NCBI RefSeq assembly: GCF_001194135.2
Contig: NC_068990.1
Coordinates: 60,806,857-60,870,856, forward strand
Direction of reading: 5' to 3'
Source of the DNA: Octopus bimaculoides
Taxonomy: Eukaryota
Length of the DNA: 64,000 nt
In this document: piece by piece, positions 25,426 to 37,300 of the stretch
Position numbering within the stretch: the first letter of the stretch is position 1
How the letters are laid out: every line of letters begins with the position of its first letter
Notes under the pieces: generated by a model
The model's database searches: none
Seen by the model: only the letters and a program-made list of their open reading frames with translations
Told to the model about the DNA's origin: nothing
Position numbers and translations under genes: made by a program

Positions 25426-26255
25426 TTGTATTGCATTTTACTATTTCATTTAGGCATAGCGATACTAATAACTTAGTGTTAGAATTCAATATGTATATGC
25501 TTCAGAATGCCTTTCCAAATAAAACTGCATTTCATGTTTGAAGCTCTGATGAAGCTATAGAGTGATACACAAGCATTCAACTATGAGTGCATTGCATCTT
25601 ATAGTAGAAACAGCTGTAAGTTAATGAAGTTCATAATGTAATTTCTTTTCCTTTGTCATTTTAATTTCCTGTATATACTAGTATCTAAATTGACTGATAA
25701 ATAAAACCCTAATAAATGCCATCTATCCATTTATGTCTTAATTTTCCCTTCTTTTCTATGTATTGTTTTATCTTGTCAGAATTAGTATATTGTAAACAAT
25801 CATGACAATAAAACACTCAAATGGCTAGTACATAATTAATCATGAAAAACATTCTTGTTTATCTAGAAAATATTTTTATCATTTCGTGCTGGGCCTCTGA
25901 GACTGGGATGGAGGGAGGATTCATGCTGAAACTGGTGAACTTGGCCTCAATGCTTGCAACAGAGGAGACTCTGCTAATGGAACCTATGATACCAGATGTC
26001 TGTTGTAAAAATGAAAAATAAATTAAGTCTGCCACCCAAGTAAACCATAATAGATGCAGAAAAAAAAAAATACTGAAGTTAATTCTGCATGGTATCTGGT
26101 CCAGTGTTTTTACAGTTCCATCGTCTACCACCTTGTGGTCTACCCCTGTAGTGCTGACAGAGAGCTCCTTCAAATGCAGTCACTATGCATGACTGCCACT
26201 CCCATGCACTACCATCAGCAGCTGATGCAATTTCTTCTCTCAAGACCGACAGATA

Positions 26256-26256
<1 letters not shown>

Positions 26257-26320
<64 letters not shown>

Positions 26321-26348
26321 CACTACTACTACTACCACTACTACTACT
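26257..26348. repeat. Compound (TAC)n/(TGC)n trinucleotide microsatellite
   Basis: Directly visible. Confidence 0.95.
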
Positions 26349-26639
26349 TGTCTATAACCCTACACTGGTACTTTTTTCTATCAATCTCATAGGGATAAAA
26401 AGGAAAGTTGCTTTAGCACATATGAACTCAGAGCACACATTGTTGAAGCAATTGTAAAGAAACATGCCATCTGGTGCTCTTATAACTCAGCCAATTTACT
26501 TTTGGTCCTATGATTCAAAACCTGCAAATTTTAAGGACTATTTGCTTAGTTATATTCCAAATACCAGTTAATATTTTCAAGTAAATTTGTATTTTACTTT
26601 ATCCTTAAAAATTCTTGATTATTTCCAAAATTTAGTGGA

Positions 26640-26788
26640 AGGTGCAGGTGTGGCTGTATAGTAAGAAGTTCGCTGTCAAACCAAGTTTCCTGGTTCATTT
26701 CTGCTATGTGGTACCTTGGCCACTATAGCTTTGGGATAACTAAAGCCTCATGAGTGGATTTGGTAGGTGGAAACTGAAAGAAGCCTAT

Positions 26789-26828
<40 letters not shown>

Positions 26829-27041
26829 NNNNNNNNNNNNNNNNNNNNNNNNNNNNNNNNNNNNNNNNNNNNNNNNNNNNNNNNNNNNNNNNNNNNNNNN
26901 NNNNNNNNNNNNNNNNNNNNNNNNNNNNNNNNNNNNNNNNNNNAGCAAAAGAGACCGATAAAATAAGTATCAGGCTTTAAAAAAAAGTATTGGGGTCGAT
27001 TCATTCGACTAAAAATCCTTCAAGGCAGTGCCCCAGCATGG
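26640..27041 (+). mobile_element. SINE family A with N-gap in its internal microsatellite
   Basis: 5' half 26640-26790 and 3' half 26944-27041 both match 21037-21435. Confidence 0.85.
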
Positions 27042-27736
27042 TAAAAAAACATACACAGATTTTCTCTATAGGCATGATAGGGTTAACTGAGTGAAATATT
27101 AGCTTTTTATAACAACCTCATAAAACTATTAATGGATTTGAAAACTGAATTCAGTTAGGGCTGCTCCAAGATATGTGAATATAAAAAGAACTTCATTTCT
27201 TATTCTGTAAATCTGAATTCTGCAAAATGGTAAACAGACTTATTTGCTTGGTTAGATTTTTTTTTGTCACTCCTAAGGGAATAATATTTATACTTCAGCA
27301 TATGCACTGACAGTAAAATTTTATATGCTTCAAGGATTTTTATAAAATAACTTTTTCAATTTTGTGAAAGTCAAGATTTTTTTTTTTTTTTGTAAGGAAA
27401 GTATTTTATTCAATTATTTCCTTTGAAATGTGATATCTGTTTCTTTTTGTCCAATTGCCAATATGTATATTATTTTGAAATTTTGAATTATTTTCCAAAA
27501 ATCTTATTTAGTTGCTTTTAGAATCTTGCCAGTATTTAAATTTTAAATTTCATCAGCCAACTGTATGAAACTCTAGGCAATTTCTGTGTAATAACAAGTG
27601 AGATTTTTTTAATGTAATTCTCCATTCTTATGATATTTGTCTTAGTTGTGTTCATTCTACTTTGCTGTCAGTGATCTAGCAATTTCCTGTGGTCACTTCT
27701 ACAAGCTATTTTTACTTTGAATGACATATTTTTTAA

Positions 27737-27956
27737 CCCTTTAGCATTCAGATTATTCTGTCAAATGTAATGTTTATTTATTCATGTTGCTTTGAATTTA
27801 TTATCTATTATCTTGTAGCTTTGATATTTTGATGATGTGATTGTTTATTTTAAGAATGACATTGTAGTATAAGTATGAGAGGCTAGATCTGGCTAGTTTG
27901 AACATAAAACAGGTAGAATATTTCGGCCAGTTGTGGCTGGTTTAAATACTAATGGG
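27737..27956 (+). mobile_element. TTAA-type MITE, copy 3 (best preserved)
   Basis: TTAA|CCCTTTAGCATT ... AATACTAATGGG|TTAA: TIRs with CCC/GGG ends and TTAA target duplication, diagnostic of the piggyBac superfamily. Confidence 0.85.
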
Positions 27957-28411
27957 TTAACTAAATGCTAAAGTATTAGGTATGTTATCACCAGAATTTG
28001 ACAAGGCATCCCTTTTTTCTTAGATACTAATGAGCTATAAATATGAATACTATTTGCTAAAGTTAGATGTCTGACATGTATATAACTTACTTGTGTGGAT
28101 AAAAAGCTTTGATAGACAATTTATGAAACATTTGTTGATGATGAGAAGGGAGAAGTGTGATATACTGACATAGTCCCCAATAAAGTGACTATCCAGTTTT
28201 CTAGATATGATGTGAATACTCACCTTGTAGGACTGTTAACTTTAATTTATCCTCATTGTCTACAAATACCATATAAAGTTTTAAGAACAGTGAAAATACT
28301 TAGCCTCTGGCTTTATTTCTTCTGTTGTCTTAAGATGTTTTTTTCTTTTTCAAAATTTTGTCTTGTGTTAATCCTATACATATTTTGATGCAGTTTTTCT
28401 ATTTGTTGCAG

Positions 28412-28557
28412 GAAGACACACCACTGGGAGCATTTCCATTAGCTAACTATTGTATTTCTCGCTACTTGGACACCAATAAGGATTATTGCTTTAAAGCAGA
28501 GAAGTATGGTGCAAGAACTTATTATTTTATGACAGAAAGTCGAGAAGATATGAACAG
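28412..28557 (+). CDS. Internal coding exon (146 bp): C-terminal half of a PH domain, most similar to the PEPP/PLEKHA4-7 family
   Basis: Acceptor tttttctatttgttgcag (AG 28410-11) and donor AG|gtaatt (GT 28558-59). Open frame EDTPLGAFPLANYCISRYLDTNKDYCFKAEKYGARTYYFMTESREDMN(R) fits the PH pattern LG.F.L..Y.I...FKAE....RTYYF......M..W. Phase 0 in, phase 2 out. Neighbouring exons not found in the window. Confidence 0.85.
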
Positions 28558-29546
28558 GTAATTCGGATTTGATGTTTAAATGTCTGAGATGAGTTGTTCA
28601 ATTCTTAACAATAAGATTACAATATTGTTTTTGACAATTGACCTCATTGTTAGAGCTAGAAATGTTTTCTATATCTACATATTACTCTCTGCCTTGAGTG
28701 TGTTAATCTTAGATCATCATCAAGTGTTTTATTTATGGATGTGTACTTAATATGAAACTGCATTCAAATTCACAGATCAAATTGATAGAAATGTTGTGGA
28801 GATGTAAATTTTAAAAACCATTCTTTTTTTAAAGATGAATTGTAATAAGCGTTGGCAATTCAGATTTACATATACACACATACCTACATATGCGTGTGTA
28901 TGTATGTAAATATACATGTACATATAAATATGTGTATGTGTGTGTATACACACACACATGTACATATGTGTTTACATGTATGTATGTATGTATCTATTTA
29001 TCTGTGTGTGTGTGTGTGTATTTATAAATATATATGATGGATGACAAGTTGACTAAAGAATTGTTATTTGTTTAATGCTGTATTGATGATTATGAAGAGT
29101 AAATGAGATGTCTATACTCTGAAGAGTTAATATTTTTTCACACTCATTTATTAATGTAGTTTTCCTGTTTTTATTTTTACACTCCTTGTTTCTTATTCTT
29201 TTTATATTTGTCTCTGCTTGACTGGTGTCAGAAATTTATCAAATAATAGCCAGAAATTGTTATTTATTTGAATGAATTTGTCATTATTTTTGTTTGTTTT
29301 AATATTTATACAATGGCAAACAACATCTTAAGTTATTATTATCATTATTTTGGTTAGGGTTTATTTAAATGTTTGATTAAAAAAATATCAAACAAAGAAA
29401 TACACCTGTGAAAATGGTAAAATTTTAATAATGAAGACAAGATGAGTTGGCTGGAATGGTAGACCAAATACATTTTGGTATTTAACTTAATTAATTAGAT
29501 ATTTTCAAATCCTTCTTTGATTTCATGTTTCATTTTTCCTTTGTAC

Positions 29547-29604
<58 letters not shown>

Positions 29605-29629
29605 TCTTTTAGCTTTTGTTTGTTTAAGC

Positions 29630-29760
29630 TATTAGACTGTAGCCATGGTGGAACAGTGTCTTGAAGAATTTTTATCAAACAAATCAACCCCAGTACATAT
29701 TTTTTTTAAAGCCTGGTACTTATTCCATCAGTCTCTTTTGCCAAACTGAAATATGTAGTT
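29630..29760 (-). mobile_element. SINE family A, 3' half
   Basis: Reverse complement of 26944-27041 with scattered substitutions. Confidence 0.8.
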
Positions 29761-31429
29761 TTATATGTGTGTGTGTATGTGTATTAACTGATGTGGCAAA
29801 TAAACATATATTTGAGCCTAATACACCAATATAAGTTGTTATCATCATCGTTGTCGTCTTCATCATCATCATCATCATCATCATTTAAGTCTGTCATCCA
29901 TGCTGGCATAGGCTGGATGGATTGACAGGAGCTGGTGAGCCGGGAGAGCTGCACTAGGCACCATTGTCTGCTTTGGCATGGTCTCTATCCCAGTCATGAA
30001 TAATTTTAAACAGGGTTTACATTATTCTAATCAACTTGCCTTGCTTGATCAATTTTTGTAATTCATCTTACTGTTCTGTACTAACATTACTGACTAATAT
30101 TTTGGTTAATTATTCAAAGCATTCAAATGAACTTTGATATTATATCCCTTGTTGGATTATATTGTACTCAACACTTTTTTTTATGTAGCTCAGGCTAGGA
30201 ATGATATGATTATGTTGACATGTTCCAGTTATTGTCTTGTAAGTTGTGGGTTTATATCTAACTAAAGTCGTTTTGGATGTTGTACAGTCGTTGTAAACAA
30301 GCAAATGGTTATGTATTTTTATACATAATGCAATTTCTACTCCACTTAATCTTTCTTTCTCAGGGTGTATGATTAGATTTGAAAACAAATTATGACTAGA
30401 TTATATTTATATCATAATATTTGAAGAAAAGAATTATTTTTTCTTTGGATGGTGTGTGGTACTCACCTACCACACTCAAAATATATGCTCCTGGTTAATT
30501 TGTAGGTGCTGTGATAGAAATATATTTCTTAGTATGTACATACCTTTGTGCAAAGCTTGCTGGAAAAATTATCTACAATAGATTAAATTCCTAGCCAAAA
30601 GCAATTGACTTATCTGTCTGGTAATACATGAAATGAGTAACTTTATTAATTGCATGAAAATTCTGTCATTAAAAATTGATACGACAAATAGACTTTATAT
30701 GAGACTTGACAAAAAAGAAAGAGAAGGATCAATATTAAATTTGTCCATTTTTATTTCAGCTTTAACATTAGATTCATATTGTCTTGGAATTATGGTAAAA
30801 TATTATCAAAACAATATACATATTGATTGAAACAATCTATTTTTGTTATATTTATAGGAAATATTTTAAGAAGATACTTTTTTATTTACTTACTTTTCTT
30901 TATTTTATAAAATAAATTGGAGAAAAACACTATCAATTTCTTACGCTAATTTTATTATTGCTTAGTGCAAAAAATTTTTTTTTTTCTGGTCATTTATCTA
31001 GGTCTAAGTTGTAACTGTAAATGAAACTAATTGTTAATCTAAAATTTCTGCAGTTATCCTGTAGCAAATGAAGATGAGACAACAGCAAAAAAAAATTTTT
31101 TTAATGTAGTTTTGCTTGCATACTTTTATAGTAAGATTTATTTAGTTTTAATTTACCTGTTTGAATAAACTGCTTACAGAAAAATATTGCAGCTTATGGT
31201 TTTCTTAGCTTCTATTCTTGTAACTACAGACAAGGATAATGTAAGAGGATTTACCACTGCTGTCTAGCACTGAAATTTGTTTGAAATTTTCAGCCAATTA
31301 CTTGTTGTTAGGATTGTTTCTTTTGCTCTTGTTTGAATACAATATATTTATATGTACTGGAAAGAAATGAGTTTGCTATCATCTATTAGATGTATAATGT
31401 TAATTTCTGGGCAAACCAAAGACACATAA

Positions 31430-31670
31430 GGTAAGAGAAGTAGAGAATCAAAGACATCAAGCATGGCTGGCAGTGACATTGATAAGAATGCCAGAAGGTA
31501 TGGTCACTGCCTCTTTCTTATGACTAAACCATAAAATAAGTAAAGTTATGCATAGGAAGGTTTTTATGTCAGATAAGACTGAGCGAGACTATTGAGGAAG
31601 TAGTGAAGTTAGACCTGAAACATTGTACTTTGTAGGTGAGATGATACAAGATTGAAACAGGTGATTACTG
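31430..31670 (+). mobile_element. RTE LINE 3' remnant
   Basis: Degenerate ..YGH.....ETIEEVVKLDL..GEMIQD pattern matching the RTE ORF end. Confidence 0.5.
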
Positions 31671-31996
31671 TCATACAATAGATTTACTTGTTCTCTGCTG
31701 GTATTAGAAAATGGATTTTATAACTGTTATAATGATGGTCATGCTATCATTATTATCACTATTATCAATACAGCAAGTTAGCAGAATCATTAACGCACTG
31801 GACAAAATGATTTGTGAGCATTTCTTCTGTCTTTATATTCTGTGTTCAAATTCTGCCTTTCATCCTTTTGTGGCTGATGAAATAAGTACCAATTAATCAC
31901 TAAGCTGGATGTAATTGACTAGCACAAAACTACTGGCTTTGTGCAAAAATTTGAAACCACTATTATTATTATTATTATTATTATTATCATTATTAA

Positions 31997-32537
31997 TGAG
32001 TGAGAGAGCAGTGCATGCCATCAAAGTAACACTGGAGTAAAACATACGAAACCCAGTATACCAATCATGACTACTCATCTGATAAGGGTACACCAGGCAC
32101 ATGCATCATAACCATATGTGCACGACATGGTGATTTCATATCAAGATAAAACAGTGTATGACCTTGCGGGTGGGGCCCAATTAGAATTTTCTTCAGGTCA
32201 AGTAACCCATCCTGCTCAAAAGTTCCCTGAATAAGGATGTTGAACAAAACCCATGTTTCCAAAGGTGAATTATCCAAATCCCAAAGAATTCCTCTCAACA
32301 CATGGCTATGATGCTCCCTCACTACTTCTGCTCGTGATAAGAGATGCACATATCGTCAGCCACTAAGGGACCTGCTCAACTGGTTAAGGTCAAGCAAGTG
32401 ACAAGCAAATCTGTGGTATTGAACAGAATATTTGCTGTAGCCCATCTTTTATATCAAGACAAAACATGTACATGATAACACTTCCAATCAGTTAAGATCA
32501 GAAGTCATGAGAGCTACTGCCTGTACTGCATCAGGGC

Positions 32538-32540
<3 letters not shown>
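31997..32540 (-). mobile_element. Family E element, apparently full length (~540 bp), embedded in (TAA)n on both sides
   Basis: Matches 1-322; flanked by (TAT)n at 31961-31995 and 32541-32581; no obvious pol III A/B box head and no long ORF. Confidence 0.8.
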
Positions 32541-32582
<42 letters not shown>

Positions 32583-32701
32583 GATCATTTTATGTTTGAC
32601 TTTTGCTTTGCATTTGTACAAGTTGGATCCAAGTCTCACCCAGAAACCTCAAGAGACAACAAGTTAGAAGTTCATGTATGCTTGTGCCTTTAGTAAAAAG
32701 G

Positions 32702-32749
<48 letters not shown>

Positions 32750-32776
32750 GTTATTATTATTATTGTTATTATTATT

Positions 32777-33090
32777 TGATGAATATTCAGCTTATTTTGC
32801 TGGGTATGAAGGAAAGTGTCAGCTGTCCACAGCCATTAGACTAAGCTGACTCTTTTGTAGGTGTTCTACCTTTATGTTTGCACCAATCTTTTTGAGCCAT
32901 GTCGGTAGTTGAGTGCTGATACTACCAAATGCGCCAATTACTATTGGTACCATGTCTACTCTCTTCATTGACCACAACCTATGTATTTCCCACTTCAAAT
33001 CGTCATAGTTATTCAATTTTTCTTCTTCATTCTCTTTGATCCTGTTGTCATTGGGACATGCTATGTCGATTATCATTCATGTTCTTTCTT
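32777..33090 (-). mobile_element. R4/Dong-type RLE LINE 3' fragment (restriction-like endonuclease)
   Basis: IIDIACPNDNRIKENEEEKLNNYDDLKWEIHRLWSMKRVDMVPIVIGAFG, the RLE endonuclease pattern; ends in (TAA)n. Confidence 0.88.
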
Positions 33091-33189
33091 TTTTTTTTTT
33101 TGTCACCATGACAATGTTATTATTATTATGTGATGAAAACTCACAACTTATTTTGCTGGGTATGATGGGAAGTGTCAGCGTCACTATTA

Positions 33190-33395
33190 TTAGAGTGGTG
33201 AGTTCGCAGAATCATTAAAAGTCAGACAAACATTTTGTCTGGCTTTACATACTGAGTTCAAATACCACCAAAGTTGACTTTGCCTTTTATCCTTCCAGGG
33301 TTGATAAATTAAGCACCAGTGAAAACACTGGGGTTGAAGTAATTGATTATCCCCCTCCCCCAAATTTCAGGCCTTGTGCCTTTAGTAAAAAGGAC

Positions 33396-33473
<78 letters not shown>

Positions 33474-33696
33474 CTTCGTTAAGGTAGCAAGCTGGCAGAA
33501 TAGTTAACATGCTGGATGTAATTCTTAACAGTATTTCATAGGTCTTCACATTCTGAGTTCAGATGCCACTGAGGTTGACTTTACCTTTCATCCTTTCAGG
33601 GTCAATAAAGTAAGTATCAGTCAACTACTAGAGTAAATGTAACTGAGTAACCCCCTCCCCCAAAATGTCAGGCTATGTACCTATAGTAGAAAAGAT
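33190..33696 (+). mobile_element. Two tandem SINE family C copies (33190-33395, 33480-33696), each with an (ATT)n tail
   Basis: Both carry gagttcaaat..gttgactttgcctttcatcc..ggggt.gataaa.taagtacca and end ggccttgtgcct.tagta.aaaggattattatt. Confidence 0.85.
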
Positions 33697-33707
33697 TATT
33701 ATTATTA

Positions 33708-33742
<35 letters not shown>

Positions 33743-33745
<3 letters not shown>

Positions 33746-34278
33746 TAGTTTTGTTTTTATAACGTGCTTTCACTTCACTACCTATCGCAGCTCTGTATGC
33801 CTTGGGTATGTGATGTGGTTTGCTGTGATGCTCTTTTGGTTATTGTATTGAAAGTGTTTTGTGTAGGATGTGTGCAGTGCCCAGTAATGCAATTTTCTGT
33901 ATGTTATATATATTTGTAAGTCCTGGTGTATTTGTCTGAATATTTTTTTTATTATACCTAAGGCACCTACTATGATAGGAATTGTTTTTGTTTTTAGATT
34001 CCACATTCGAGTTACCTCTATTTCCAGGTCTTTGTATTTTGAAAGTTTTTCCATTTCTTTTAGNNNNNNNNNNNNNNNNNNNNNNNNNNNNNNNNNNNNN
34101 NNNNNNNNNNNNNNNNNNNNNNNNNNNNNNNNNNTCCATAATGTTGGCATAGCTTCCAGTGTATATAGGTCCCAGCTCTGTCGTGTCTGTGAATATATTC
34201 TTTCTTAGCCAGGACTGGGTAGCCAGAGATAATGATTTATTGTTTCTTGTCCATCGCCACATATTCTGCAGTTACTTG

Positions 34279-34283
<5 letters not shown>
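33743..34283 (-). mobile_element. R4/Dong-type RLE LINE, 5'-truncated, in (TAA)n
   Basis: CRICGDGQETINH..SG.PVLAKKEYIHRHD (zinc knuckle and RHD) and KEMEKLSKYKDLEIEVTRMWNLKTKTIPIIVGALG; (TAA)n on both sides. Confidence 0.92.
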
Positions 34284-34351
<68 letters not shown>

Positions 34352-37300
34352 CTAATGTGATATTTAATTCAACAAATTATTTGTCTCACTATTTAATTCA
34401 GCGAATTAGATAGTGAGACAACCATGATAAATGTTGTTAGCTAAGTGCGAGCCACTTCATCTTGAACTCATTGGACTGAGCAATTTTTCTGTATGAGACA
34501 AGTGCAGTGATATGCACGCTTGATGTGAATGAACCATGAATGCTGGGTGAAAAGGTGTTGTTTGCTTTTGGTGGACAGTATACGTGGGAAAAGATGGATG
34601 AATAAGTAGTTGGTTGGTCAGTGTTTAGGATGTTTGAGCTCACAGAAGATATGACAAAAGTATTGTGCTATGTAACAGCCTTTTCCAAACATGATAGAAA
34701 AATAGGAGAGAGGCAGAGTGAGAGGAAACAACCAATAAGGATAATGATAACCATGGTGGCATAAGAGGCTATTGCGGCATGCTGTTATAACAAACTGAAA
34801 TCTTAATGACTTGTAGGCACACGGTATTTCATTATGCAACCATAATATACAATAAAATATATTAAACATTTTTATAAGTCAATACCATTTTCTACTGTGT
34901 TAGCAGTGCACTTTATGTCACTTGTTAGGGTTATCTCTACAGATATTCTAGAGAAATTATAGCCAACTCTGATTTTTCTTACGATGTTTTGTATCCAAGA
35001 TGTCAGATGTAAGCAAACATGAGACTGAAGGTGAAAAAAGGGTAATGGGCATACATGCCATATTTTGGGAGTTTTTGCTCCTTCATCAGCAACCATCTAA
35101 CCCTTTAACCATCCATGAACACATTGCTTAAATAGCCACTAAATACAGTGGTGATGAAACTGAAATTAACAACACTGATTGTATATATATTTGTCTCCAG
35201 AAGAATTTATCATAAGGTGATGTAGAGGAATATATAAAAATAACAAAGAAATCTAGCATATTTACAAGAGTTCCAATTCTAAAGTGTTGTGACATGAAAA
35301 TCTTGCATTTTGAATTTGCATTGCTGACTTTATTAATCTTAATGAGAAATTATCAAAATATCGTTTTAAAATAGTTAAGAGGAATTTGTATTGCAATTTG
35401 TTTTACTTTTAAAAAATTGGTATAAGATCAAATCCATACAGTTAATATATCAATAACGTAAAAGTATATTGAAAAATTGTGATTTGTAAGGAAACATTTA
35501 TGTGTTGATAAGACATTTGGCATATCTATTATAGTATTTTCAGTAGAATGTCAATTTAATGCATGTTCTATTTATCATAGAAAAAAAAACTGTACAGGTC
35601 TTGGTAAAAATCCTTTTGTAATTGTGCTTTAAATTTCCATGTTACTATATAACTTTGCTGGTACTTTTCTCGATATGTTGATAATCTTCTATCGTTACTT
35701 ACACAAAATTATTTTTGAACAAACTATTTTTAAAAAACAGTTCCAGATCATTAATGTTGCTTTTGTTTTTTCTTATTTTAAATGTAATATACCTTCAAAA
35801 AGTTGGCAGAATATTATTCATTTGTAGTAGTTATTNNNNNNNNNNNNNNNNNNNNNNNNNNNNNNNNNNNNNNNNNNNNNNNNNNNNNNNNNNNNNNNNN
35901 NNNNNNNNNNNNNNNNNNNNNNNNNNNNNNNNNNNNNNNNNNNNNNNNNNNNNNNNNNNNNNNNNNNNNNNNNNNNNNNNNNNNNNNNNNNNNNNNNNNN
36001 NNNNNNNNNNNNNNNNNNNNNNNNNNNNNNNNNNNNNNNNNNNNNNNNNNNNNNNNNNNNNNNNNNNNNNNNNNNNNNNNNNNNNNNNNNNNNNNNNNNN
36101 NNNNNNNNNNNNNNNNNNNNNNNNNNNNNNNNNNNNNNNNNNNNNNNNNNNNNNNNNNNNNNNNNNNNNNNNNNNNNNNNNNNNNNNNNNNNNNNNNNNN
36201 NNNNNNNNNNNNNNNNNNNNNNNNNNNNNNNNNNNNNNNNNNNNNNNNNNNNNNNNNNNNNNNNNNNNNNNNNNNNNNNNNNNNNNNNNNNNNNNNNNNN
36301 NNNNNNNNNNNNNNNNNNNNNNNNNNNNNNNNNNNNNNNNNNNNNNNNNNNNNNNNNNNNNNNNNNNNNNNNNNNNNNNNNNNNNNNNNNNNNNNNNNNN
36401 NNNNNNNNNNNNNNNNNNNNNNNNNNNNNNNNNNNNNNGCCAAAAAAAATTATTGATGTTTAAATATTTCTTTCTGTTTCTGTCTAGGTTTTAACCATTT
36501 TATAAATAAATATTCCAAAGTATTAATACCCAAACATATTTACTAATTTGATTTAGACTTCTCATCGCAAGATAAAAAGTGTTCTTTTGCACCTTTTGTC
36601 TGGCACTGAAAACTTCAATTAAACTTAGCCTAAAAATGCAAGTTACTTTATGCATGTATATATTAGTCTGCTTTTGTATAATAATAATAATAATGATAAT
36701 AATAATAATAATAATAATAATAGCTGAAAAAATTGGAATTTTTTTGTAAAATTATTGTAATATCAAAAGATTAATTATTGAAAGAAAAAAAAACACAGAT
36801 TATATCTTATTCATCTAAAATTATATTGGGAACATTAAATTTTGTTTGATTTACTCACAAATACTGCTCAGATTGATTGTCAAAGAAATTGATTTTCATC
36901 AAAGAAAAATGAAATCAGTACTATATTCTTATTAAAAAAATGATATTTTAAAATTTCATTGGTATTTTTGAACCAATCAGAAGAAAGTTAAACTAGCAAA
37001 AACGTAGGGAAAACAATACTACAAAACAGAAAAAAAAATTTACTATCTAAGTAAATTTTTCAAATTGTTTTACATGATGATGATGGGGCAATGTTAGTGA
37101 TTGTTTTTTGTTTTATTGCTTTATTTAATATAAAATAGATTATGGAAAAAATCTTTCATTTTGTTAGCAATTTGAAATTGAATTTATTCAAACTGGATAA
37201 TAACAGATTTTGGTGGTACACAATAGTAATTTAAAAAAAGAGATATATGTGAATGGAATATAAAGGAAAGACAAAATGAATATTAAAATCAAAGAGATTA

